A stretch of DNA of 64,000 bases, taken from contig OZ024743.1 of NCBI GenBank assembly GCA_964016885.1, forward strand, positions 161,944,001 through 162,008,000, in the 5' to 3' direction. The stretch is from Eledone cirrhosa. Taxonomy: Eukaryota. The translations under genes were made by a program, and so were the position numbers. The notes below the pieces were generated by a model, which had not been told where the DNA came from, ran no database searches, and saw only the letters and a program-made list of their open reading frames with translations. Positions 28,101 to 35,699 of the stretch are shown in pieces (within the stretch, counting starts at the first letter, position 1; each line of letters opens with the position of its first letter).

Positions 28101-31100
28101 ACCAGGTACCTCCATAAAAACACTTATTAGCAATACATACCCTTTTCAAAGACTTCCCTGTATAGATAAGAAATGTATAATCTGTAAATTAAGCCCCCAT
28201 ATTAACTGTAAAACTAGAAATGTAGTATATAGCATAAGATGTACTGAAGGACAATGTAGAGATAAGAATATAGTGTACATAGGTGAGACAGCTCGTAGTA
28301 TAGGGGAATGGATAAATGAACACTGGCGAGACCTTCAAGATAGTAAAGAATCATCTGTACTCTACCAACATGCTAAAATAGAACATAAGGGTAAATTAGA
28401 GAACATAGAAATGAAAATAGAATCTACACACAGAAAAGATGCAATGTTTAGACAAATCACAGAGGCAATAAACATAAATGAACTCCAACCAAAATTAAAT
28501 AGAAAACATGAATGGAACAGCAACATCACAACTTACAATTAAGGACAAAATGAAAACACACACGCACATAGAACAAACAACCAACCAGTAACATGTAAAT
28601 AAACAAATAAATAAACAAATATAAAACACACACAGACACCCGGATGTAACATGCGCAAACTAAGCACACAACACGCACAAAAACAAGATGGCATAGGACA
28701 GAACAAAGGAGAGGCACAAAAACAAAGAAAAGAATCCCCAATCACTGAAGAGGTCACATAATGTGTGACGAAAGAACTTTGACAATATATAAACAATCAT
28801 CTGGTTGTGGAACCAACCAACCAATCGGAAATTTATAAATTCCTAAATTTATAAATTTATTATAATAAATTGAAGTGAAAGCAACTGGTGCATGTGTTTC
28901 TTATTGACAACATTGACCCTCCCAAAGTATAACAATATATATATCATCATCATCATCATCGTTTAACGTCCATGTTCCACGCTTGCATGGGTTTGGATGG
29001 GAGTTTTCCCACTCGAGGCAAGAGTGGTTGTCTTGCTCGCATAGGACTGTCTTGCTGTTTTCTACAGCTGTATGCCCTTCCTAACACCAACCATATTTAC
29101 AGTGTGGGACTGGGAGGTTTTTACCGTGTTGCCTACATGGCCACATTACAGCGTGGACTGTGTGTTTTTTTGTCGTGACACCTACACGATCTCATTTGTT
29201 TCGGCCTGGATGTTGTGACACCAACATAACTTTACATTGAAAGGGGCGGTGTGGATGGGGTGGGGGTGGTGGGACGGGGGTGTATTTTGTTAGAAATGCC
29301 TACTGACTGTAGTAGGTTTTACTTTGTATTTAGGTAAGGCGGGTCTTCTCTATTACTGAGTACCGCCAATATATATATATGAAATTACTTATTCTTATAT
29401 ATACACAAACATATTTACATTTAAATTGTTATATACACTTTTGGAGGCACATGGCTTAGTGGTTAGAGCATTGGCGTTGCAAGCGAAAGGTTGTGAGCTC
29501 AATCCTCAGATCGGGTGATGTGTTGTTTCCTTGAGCAAGACACTTTATTTCACATTGCTCCAGTTACTCAGCTGTAGAAATGAGATGATAAGGACTGGGG
29601 TCCCTATCATTCCACTGTAAATTGGTTGTGGAGGTGCCACAGCAAAAAAGCACCCAGCACTTACTGTAAAGTGGTCGTGGAGGTGCCACGGCAAAAAAGC
29701 ACCCAGCACTCACTGTAAATGAGGTTGGTGTTAGGAAGGGCATCCAGCTGTAAAAATCAAGCCAGAATCAGTTCCCGTCCCACCCTTGCAAGCAGGGAAA
29801 AAGCGGACGTAAAATGAAATGATGATGATGATGATGATGACTTTTATTTACATTTGAATTATTATTGTTGTTATTATATATATTATTTACCTTCAAATCG
29901 TTATTAGGGCAAGTAAAAAATTGCACTGAAATTTTAAATTGCACTTGTCAAACACAAATTCAATGTACCTGCGCTAACTACTCAGAAGTGGACAGACGGA
30001 CGGACATGAAATGCAAATTGTTAGCAAGACATGACATATCCCAATCCACCAACTAGGGAATTTACAAGTGTGACGAGACTTGATCCTGAAGCACTGGATT
30101 GCTACACTTTACTGGAACTTCTCTCTTTTTATGAATTACTAAAAGGACTTAAATGAGAATATGGTAAACACCTGACATGTGCCATACCATCTACCCTGAG
30201 AATATTTGATTTACAATAATTTAAACTTTCAATGGTTCCAACCATTTATATTTGAATACATAATTTTTGATTACCTTTGAAAATCTTTGGCCAAAATCTC
30301 TAATATACTTTTATATCTTTCTTTATCTATTTAGACTTCCAAAGCCATTTCGCTATTTGGTTCCACAATAGAATCTTTGTTAATTCAATATGGAAAGAAG
30401 ATTATTGGTAAGGAATTTTCTCTTGGAACATCAAAGCAAATTCAATTTGATTAAATATTAATATTTAACTTTAGCAAGAGTGTATGGAGAATAAATGCGG
30501 TGTGGTAAATAAATATATATGTATATATTTATTTACCACACCTGTATATGTATACACCAGGTCCGAACGCAAAGGAACCAAACTCCCACTTTCACCGCCT
30601 CCGTCTCTCCTGCTCTCCCCATCTCTCATTATTATAAGCAAATGGGGGCCCATGTGCTGGCTGTCCCGTGCGCTTGGCAGACAGAATAAAGAAGGCGTTT
30701 CCTCGGAGGATGGATATGCACTGGAAGAGCCATTCCAGCTCGCAAGGCTCACACCTAGTAGCCAATTTTGCTGATGGTGGTGAGTAGGGAGGTGGTCCTC
30801 AGGCCAAGGACACCAGAAGTCTCCACTGCTACGGAGAGTGACCGATATTTGGAGAGTTTACTCTTTTTGGTCTGAAGTGTGGCAAAGCCTGGGTTAGTCG
30901 CAGGTTGCCACTGGAGAATGTCACTGCATGTGGCATCCCAAATGAGGGGTTTACCATTGTGGAATGGGAAGATGGTCTTGCCATCCTCTCGGTCCAGTGC
31001 CACCTGCTTGAGCTGGAAGAGGAAGCCTGCAGCATCCAAGCCATGCTTTATGACCTCATTGAGAGCAGCATGGCAGGGAAGGCAGCTAGCACTGTAGCAA

Positions 31101-33385
31101 CAAGACAGTAGGTGGAGGCTGAAAGAGTCTACGGTGGATCCGCAACAACATTTGTGTGGCTTGTAGATCAAGAGGCTGAGCCTCAGGGAAACCCTGATTT
31201 GCAGACTATCATTATCCAGCTGCATGCCAGTTGAAAAGGAGTATAAGACATTGAGCTAGGTACTGATGTGGGGTTGTGAGGCCAAGTGAAAGGGTGCGAG
31301 GTGATACTTATCGAGCTGGTTGCTAGCTTGTCTGAGGCCATGTCGCATTGGATGGCATCCCAGATGCTTTTGGGGAATTTAATGTTTACAGGGGGAAGGG
31401 GAGGAGGGATGTCCACTGGGAGGAGTCCATGCCTGTTCCAAGTCTCGCTTGCGGCCTCGCGTTCCTCGACCACAGTGGGTTCTGTTGTGTTGTGGAGCAC
31501 CCTGTTGATGAGGACATGGCAAGAGTTTACCGATGAAAAAAATGCAGACAAAGCCAGTGAGACCAGAGACCAAGGCCACAATTTTTAACTTAAGAGATAA
31601 AAAACAAACAGTCAATTAAATTGACCCAAGTTCTTGATTGGCATATTTCATCGATTTTAGAAAGATGAAAGTTGACAGGATTGCAACTTGAAACGAAAAG
31701 GGATGTAACTAGTTATTACAAGAAATTTTGCTTTCTTCACTACCAGTTCAGTTAATTCCTTAACCTTCTCCAATATTAATGTTAATACCATATTTTTTAA
31801 AGTGTTATATTATTATGTCAGACATTGATCATATATTTATGTTATTGCTAAGACGATCATAAGTTATATCTAACTAATATAATTGTTTAGACAATTAGCA
31901 GCAATATTTGACCAATACAATCATATCTGCTCTAAATTGTTTTAATGAAAAGTTTCATTTGCAAACAGAATTGGTAGGGGACTGTGCAAAATGTCCCTTT
32001 ACATTTTGGCTTAAAATCTTACTGGTTTGATATACCTTTTTATCTCCACTGTAAATTTGTTTCCTGGTGCCTATATAAGAGATCAGTAGTTGTTGCATCT
32101 TGCATATTTTTATCTGTATCCCTGTGTGTTGTAAGAAGTGACTAAAAGGGGTGGTGTCAGGAACGGAATCCAGCTATAAAACATTGCCTCAAAAAGTTCT
32201 GTCCCAGTCATGCCAGCATGGAAAAGTCAATGTAAAAATGTTGATGATGATTGATCTTAGGAGTGCCACAGAAGGACATGTAGCAGCAAGTGTGTAACAT
32301 AGTTTTGATTTTGGTTGACACTAATAATGATCTTGGATATTCTTATTTTTTTTACATCAGAATGAATAATAATAATTGTTTCTACTTTTGGCACAAGGCC
32401 ATCAATTACCCAGTACATTACTGGTACTTTATTTTATCGACCCCGTAAGGATGAAAGGCAAAGTTAACCTCGGCGGGATTTGAACTAATAATAATGCTGT
32501 TGTTCTTCCATTGCTTATTTCAGTATTAATGCTGTTGTTCTTCCATTGCTTATTTCAGTATTAATGCTGTTGTTCTTCCATTGCTTATTTCAGTATTAAT
32601 GCTGTTGTTCTTCCATTGCTTATTTCAGTATTAATGCTGTTGTTCTTCCATTTGCTTATTTCAGATGAACAGTTTATTTTGAACAGAATTGCAGATTCAG
32701 CCATTGATATTTATGGAATGGTCAGTATTTTATCTCGGTCATCAAGATCTCTGGCTCAAAGACTTCCTTCTGCACAACATGAGAGTCTTATCTGTAATAT
32801 TTTCTGTGATGAGGTAGGTTTTTTTTCTCTAACTGCTCTCTCAGTTTTTATTTTCTCCACCTACATGAATGCAAAACATGTTCAGATTTCACTGCAGTAA
32901 ATGTATACAGAAAAATATGTATCAGATGGGCTTGGGTAGAGGTAATTTACAGTTTTTTGGTTCTGCTGAGTAGAGGTCTTGTAATAGTTATACCAGAGAC
33001 AGTGAGAAGAAACAGTATGTCTTTAGAATAATGGTTGTTATGGCTGGGTGAGCTTTGGTTGGCTCTAAGTGTTGGTAAGATAGTTTTTAGTTGGTTGTAG
33101 TGATGGTGAATGAGTTTTTGAGTGATAATATTCTGTGAGTGAGTTTTTCAGTGCCAATAGTGCATTGGTGAGTCCTTCAGTGGCTGTAGTATATACTTAT
33201 GTATGTGTGTTACAATTTTTTTTAATTTCTAAATATTTTATATTCAGGCATATGAAAATGTGGAGAGAAAACTCAGAATTGCCAAAGACATGGATTGTAA
33301 GAAAAATTTCCAGAAAATGACATTGTTATCACGGGACATTGTCGAGAGTGGCTGCGTAGCTGCAAAACATCCGCTGGGATTTTGA
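1127..33385 (+). CDS. ACADVL: Very long-chain specific acyl-CoA dehydrogenase, mitochondrial (5'-partial, 17 exons in window)
   Basis: join(1127..1191,6525..6633,7180..7274,8628..8759,10432..10545,11930..12015,13548..13642,14835..14938,16473..16577,16733..16819,18172..18234,21241..21342,22121..22218,23060..23132,30335..30407,32665..32813,33248..33385). All introns are GT-AG with compatible phases; 1688 nt with no internal stop. Motifs [69 protein letters not shown] (catalytic Glu) and C-terminal HPLGF match VLCAD. Confidence 0.95.
1206..1447. mobile_element. TTAA-flanked MITE (piggyBac/Kolobok-like), degenerate
   Basis: Imperfect terminal inverted repeats ttagccatttcattacca / tggtatcgaaagagttaa; a similar end (gaaagggttaa) occurs at about 44070. 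Confidence 0.5.
1457..2544 (-). mobile_element. 5'-truncated CRE-clade non-LTR retrotransposon (Zn knuckle plus restriction-like endonuclease)
   Basis: CRCG...HGLS Zn knuckle, RH..LN, DGKRP(D), [15 protein letters not shown]; poly(A) tail (T-run 1458-1479); 10-bp TSD AACTTTAAGG at 1447-1456 and 2545-2554; frameshifted. Confidence 0.85.
1608..1701. repeat. 47-bp direct duplication in the CRE 3' UTR
   Basis: aatatatacataaataactttacaaatgcttcgataacattataaat x2. Confidence 0.85.
2667..2850 (-). mobile_element. SINE family A copy
   Basis: Same core and tail as the copy at 279-455. Confidence 0.8.
3825..6240 (+). mobile_element. hAT DNA transposon (Tip100/ZMYM1-like) with decayed transposase
   Basis: TIRs cagttgtggctcatg / cacgagctaccactg; 8-bp TSD TTTACACC (3817-3824) / GTTACACC (6241-6248); transposase fragments [22 protein letters not shown] (CxxH) and dimerisation-like C-terminus; many stops and frameshifts. 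Confidence 0.88.
4200..4420 (+). mobile_element. 3' end of RTE-clade LINE nested in the hAT element
   Basis: Reads [42 protein letters not shown], then a (GAT)n tail; a second copy lies inverted at about 19897-20100. Confidence 0.7.
6525..6633 (+). CDS. ACADVL: ACADVL exon: [36 protein letters not shown](G)
   Basis: ttttag acceptor, G|gtaagt donor, 109 nt. Confidence 0.93.
7180..7274 (+). CDS. ACADVL: ACADVL exon: (G)[31 protein letters not shown]
   Basis: tttcag acceptor, CAG|gtagaa donor, 95 nt. Confidence 0.94.
8628..8759 (+). CDS. ACADVL: ACADVL exon: [44 protein letters not shown]
   Basis: catcag acceptor, AGT|gtaagt donor, 132 nt; acyl-CoA dehydrogenase FCLTExxSGSD motif. Confidence 0.95.
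9300..10370 (-). mobile_element. CR1/L2-group LINE reverse transcriptase fragment, interrupted by a SINE at about 9670-9835
   Basis: [39 protein letters not shown]; left boundary approximate. Confidence 0.75.
10432..10545 (+). CDS. ACADVL: ACADVL exon: [38 protein letters not shown]
   Basis: ttttag acceptor, CAG|gtttgt donor, 114 nt. Confidence 0.94.
11930..12015 (+). CDS. ACADVL: ACADVL exon: [28 protein letters not shown](H)
   Basis: tttcag acceptor, CA|gtaagt donor, 86 nt. Confidence 0.93.
13548..13642 (+). CDS. ACADVL: ACADVL exon: (H)[31 protein letters not shown](D)
   Basis: ttgtag acceptor, G|gtaaat donor, 95 nt. Confidence 0.94.
14835..14938 (+). CDS. ACADVL: ACADVL exon: (D)[34 protein letters not shown]
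   Basis: tttcag acceptor, GCA|gtaagt donor, 104 nt. Confidence 0.94.
15290..15760 (-). mobile_element. Old CR1-like LINE 3' fragment (related remnant at about 22470-22800)
   Basis: Degenerate [15 protein letters not shown] here and LFKRNIN at about 22600 resemble CR1 C-terminal motifs; boundaries approximate. Confidence 0.4.
16473..16577 (+). CDS. ACADVL: ACADVL exon: [35 protein letters not shown]
   Basis: atttag acceptor, GAG|gtaagt donor, 105 nt. Confidence 0.94.
16733..16819 (+). CDS. ACADVL: ACADVL exon: [29 protein letters not shown]
   Basis: ttccag acceptor, TCT|gttagt donor, 87 nt. Confidence 0.94.
18172..18234 (+). CDS. ACADVL: ACADVL exon: [21 protein letters not shown]
   Basis: aatcag acceptor, AAG|gtaaga donor, 63 nt; QILGGMGY motif. 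Confidence 0.94.
19148..19510 (-). repeat. About 2.5 tandem copies (period about 140 bp) of a SINE-derived unit
   Basis: gacacaactgaaggg..cccaacc..tttggcaagc..ggatgccctt..accaaccactttac recurs three times; a single opposite-orientation unit lies at about 24150-24335. Confidence 0.7.
20404..20980 (+). mobile_element. Non-autonomous Helitron
   Basis: 5' TC(TTC)TATATATATAAAA start, GTCT/GT microsatellite, subterminal hairpin cccgtgcaacactggg (20953-20968), 3' CTAG followed by T; internal duplication of about 40 bp at 20627 and 20706. Confidence 0.75.
21241..21342 (+). CDS. ACADVL: ACADVL exon: [34 protein letters not shown]
   Basis: atatag acceptor, CAG|gtgaga donor, 102 nt; carries the catalytic Glu (FEGTN). 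Confidence 0.95.
21545..21792 (-). mobile_element. tRNA-derived SINE family B copy
   Basis: Similar to 48408-48658: tRNA-like head, tgtgttcttgagcaaacacttcattt core, aaccctgcaatggactggcatcctgtccagg motif. Confidence 0.7.
22121..22218 (+). CDS. ACADVL: ACADVL exon: [32 protein letters not shown](R)
   Basis: tttcag acceptor, AG|gtttgt donor, 98 nt; VLCAD membrane-association region. Confidence 0.9.
23060..23132 (+). CDS. ACADVL: ACADVL exon: (R)[24 protein letters not shown]
   Basis: tttcag acceptor, AAG|gttggt donor, 73 nt; VHPEL motif. Confidence 0.88.
26366..26408 (-). ncRNA. Minimal type I hammerhead ribozyme motif in the inverted PLE arm
   Basis: Minus strand GUCA-CUGAAGA-G-GUCACA-gaaug-UGUGAC-GAAA-GAAC-UU-UGAC with a 4-bp stem I. 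Confidence 0.68.
28741..28783 (+). ncRNA. Minimal type I hammerhead ribozyme motif in the PLE pseudo-LTR
   Basis: CUGAAGA (28745-51), stem II GUCACA/UGUGAC, GAAA (28770-73), minimal stem III AG/CU, CUU triplet, stem I UCA/UGA. Confidence 0.65.
29443..29840 (+). mobile_element. SINE with family-B tRNA head, tandem modules of about 49 bp and RTE-type (GAT)n tail
   Basis: ggaggcacatggcttagtggttagagc head; gtggaggtgccacggcaaaaaagcacccagcac x2; tail cccttgcaagcagggaaaaagcggacgtaaaatga(tga)n; related copies at about 34053-34190, 40250-40600, 8305-8450 and 28945-29370 (-). Confidence 0.75.
30335..30407 (+). CDS. ACADVL: ACADVL exon: [24 protein letters not shown](D)
   Basis: atttag acceptor, G|gtaagg donor, 73 nt. 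Confidence 0.88.
30540..31580 (-). mobile_element. Second, divergent CRE-clade non-LTR retrotransposon fragment
   Basis: [18 protein letters not shown]...[40 protein letters not shown]; degraded, boundaries approximate. Confidence 0.78.
32492..32664 (+). repeat. Five tandem 35-bp units, each a complete 3' splice-site cassette
   Basis: Unit taatgctgttgttcttccattgcttatttcagtat; AG ends at 32523, 32558, 32593, 32628 and 32664; last unit has one extra T. Confidence 0.95.
32665..32813 (+). CDS. ACADVL: ACADVL exon: (D)[49 protein letters not shown]
   Basis: tttcag acceptor (last of five tandem acceptors), GAG|gtaggt donor, 149 nt. Confidence 0.92.
33248..33385 (+). CDS. ACADVL: ACADVL last coding exon: [45 protein letters not shown]
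   Basis: attcag acceptor; ends HPLGF-TGA like the VLCAD NPLGF terminus. Confidence 0.92.
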   Translation, partial: AYENVERKLRIAKDMDCKKNFQKMTLLSRDIVESGCVAAKHPLGF

Positions 33386-33478
33386 TGAAGATTTTTACTA
33401 TTTAATGAATCTTTTTTTAAAGAAAAATGTAATCTTATCCATTTTTTTTTTTTGTTTTTGTAATTAAGTAAAAATCTA

Positions 33479-33493
33479 ATTAAATGAAATAAA
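33479..33493 (+). terminator. Candidate ACADVL polyadenylation signals (ATTAAA 33479-33484, AATAAA 33488-33493)
   Basis: Canonical hexamers about 100 nt after the stop codon, followed by T-rich sequence. Confidence 0.5.
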
Positions 33494-33669
33494 GAGAAAT
33501 CCTTCATCTTTTATTTTGGATCTAACGAAAAGTATGGAATTTCTCTACTGAATAATCAAAGTGCATAAACTTCTATTTACACACATAAAGCATGCATGTA
33601 TGTGTCTATACATGCACATATCTGTGTGTGTGTATATATATATATATGTTTTATTATGGCTAAGAGGCA

Positions 33670-33780
33670 AGTCTTGTTAATCTGGAGTTTCACCTGTGTA
33701 CTCACAAAATCATCAAACATGGCTCAGTCTTGTTTGATGATCCCATTAGTACACAGTTGAAACTTCCAAGTAACAAGACT
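33670..33780. repeat. Imperfect inverted repeat (about 50-bp arms) containing hammerhead-like motifs
   Basis: agtcttgtta...atcatcaaaca / tgtttgatgat...taacaagact. Confidence 0.8.
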
Positions 33781-33845
33781 CATCACTTTACCCATAATAC
33801 AGGCTACATTATTCTCACATCTGTCAGTATCACAGATATATATAT

Positions 33846-33971
33846 AAGTTTTAATATAGATGAGATTCTACAGGACTAGAACTGTTTCATTCTTTAGAAA
33901 TCATCAGGAATGATGATTTCTAAAGAATGAAACAGTTCTAGTCCTGTAGAATCTCATCTATATTAAAACTT
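33846..33971. repeat. Perfect 61-bp inverted repeat with GGAA loop
   Basis: 33846-33906 is the exact reverse complement of 33911-33971. Confidence 0.95.
33865..33911 (-). ncRNA. Type I hammerhead ribozyme-like motif
   Basis: Minus strand AUUC-CUGAUGA-UUUCuaaaGAAU-GAAA-CAG-uucuaguc-CUG-UA-GAAU: 4-bp stem I, intact core, weak stem II, 4-bp stem III, GUA triplet. Confidence 0.55.
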
Positions 33972-34302
33972 TTATACTCTGCTATGTATTGAGTACCTTA
34001 CTGTGGTTACCTCCGTTCAACCCGAAATAACTTACCTTATATATATATATATAAAAAGCACCCAGCACTCACTGTAAATGAGGTTGGTATTAGGAAGGGC
34101 ATCCAGCTGTAGAAATCAAGCCAGAATCAGTTCCCGTCCCATCCTTGCAAGCAGGGAAAGGTGGACGTAAAATGAGATGATGATGATTATACACACACAT
34201 TGTTTGATAATTAGGGAATACAATTTCATCACTTTTCAGTTTAACTCCACCATCTTTTGTAAATGACCCCCACATCGCCGACTATAAGTGATGATACTTA
34301 AA

Positions 34303-35195
34303 CCACAACACTACAGACTGTCAGTGAAGTTACTATATTTCCACAATGCCACCACAGACTGTCTGTGAAGAGACTGTGATCGCTCAACACCACAGACTAT
34401 CAGTGGAGTTGGTGTGTTCCCACAACACCACAGACCATTAGTGAAGTTTGTGTGTTCCCACAACACCACAGACCATTAGTGAAGTATGTATGTTCCCACA
34501 ACACCACAGACCATTAGTGAAGTTGGTGTGTTCCCACAACACCACAGACCATTAGTGAAGTTTGTGTGTTCCCACAACACCACAGGCTGTCAGTGGAGTT
34601 GGTGTGTTCCCACAACACCACAGACCATTAGTGAAGTTGGTGTGTTCCCACAACACCACAGACCATTAGTGAAGTTTGTGTGTTTCCACAACACCACAGG
34701 CTGTCAGTGGAGTTGGTGTGTTCCCACAACACCACAGACCATTAGTGAAGTATGTATGTTCCCACAACTCCACAGACCATTAGTGAAGTTTGTGTGTTCC
34801 CACAACACCACAGACCATTAGTGAAGTTTGTGTGTTCCCACAACACCACAGGCTGTCAGTGGAGTTGGTGTGTTCCCACAACACCACAGACCATTAGTGA
34901 AGTTTGTGTGTTCCTACAACACCACAGACCATTAGTGAAGTTTGTGTGTTCCCACAACACCACAGGCTGTCAGTGGAGTTGGTGTGTTCCCACAACACCA
35001 CAGACCATTAGTGAAGTTTGTGTGTTCCCACAACACCACAGGCTGTCAGTGAAGTTGGTGTGTTTCCACAACACTACAGACATTAGTGAAGTTTGTGTGT
35101 TTCCACAACACTACAGACCATCAGTGATGAGGCTGTGTTCTCACAATATCACAGACCAACAACAATGATAGTGCGTTTCCACATCACAAACCAGC
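34303..35195. repeat. 38-bp minisatellite, about 23 units, two interleaved variants
   Basis: Unit cacaacaccacagaccattagtgaagtttgtgtgttcc; variant ...caggctgtcagtggagttggtg...; degenerate edges; no spacers. Confidence 0.92.
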
Positions 35196-35699
35196 AGGTG
35201 AAAATTAAAATGACTAAATATGGTAATATTTTTGTTTCAATTTGTACTTTTGTAAATATAAAAATCAAACCGTTATTATCTCAAAAACAATTTTATAATA
35301 TATCTGCTGTAATTGATTTTTTCCAGTAAAATTTCTTTAAAAATGTTTCAATTATTTGATTATGCTTCAATTAAGCTATTTTTTTCTGTTGTCCAAATAT
35401 TCTTTTCAATTTTTTCTTTAATATTTGATAAAACTAAGATATTTTTATGAACTGAAATTGAATTTAAATCAAAAATATTTTGAAATGGCAATTCCAGTTA
35501 AAAATGATTGCATTTTATTTCAATTCAAGACAATTTCTCAGTTTTATCTTGATCCTCATCTTTTTCATCATCCTTTCTTTTCTATGCTTGCATGGGTTGT
35601 ACAAGATGCCTTTTAGATAGATTTTCTATAGCAGGATGCGCTTCCTGACACTGACTTACTTTATTCTTATTTTTCTAAAAGTATGGTATATGTTACCCA

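Larger units (their letters stand above)
26212..28938 (+). mobile_element. Penelope-like element (RT plus GIY-YIG, Naiad-type), 5'-truncated, with inverted pseudo-LTR arms
   Basis: RT motifs [44 protein letters not shown]; Cys linker then [15 protein letters not shown]....[13 protein letters not shown]; 26212-27067 is the reverse complement of 28080-28938; ORF broken by indels and stops. Confidence 0.92.

Noticed and set aside
27068-28740. Selenocysteine recoding in the Naiad-like element
   Set aside because: No in-frame TGA at cysteine positions in the retained linker/nuclease region and no convincing SECIS; interruptions are TAA/TAG or indels.
29443-29510. tRNA genes at SINE heads (also 48590-48658 and 63053-63145)
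   Set aside because: A/B boxes are present but there is no complete cloverleaf, and each continues into SINE core and tail.
32492-32664. CRISPR-like 35-bp repeats
   Set aside because: Head-to-tail with no spacers; it is a duplicated splice acceptor.
1127-33385. ACAD9 rather than ACADVL
   Set aside because: [32 protein letters not shown] and the terminal PLGF fit VLCAD better; a phylogeny would confirm this.
34486-35168. Repetitive protein ORFs (VPTTPQTISEV...)
   Set aside because: By-product of the 38-bp minisatellite; no splice or expression evidence.
34303-35195. CRISPR array (38-bp partly palindromic repeats)
   Set aside because: Units are contiguous with no unique spacers, there are no cas genes, and the context is a eukaryotic intron-exon genome.
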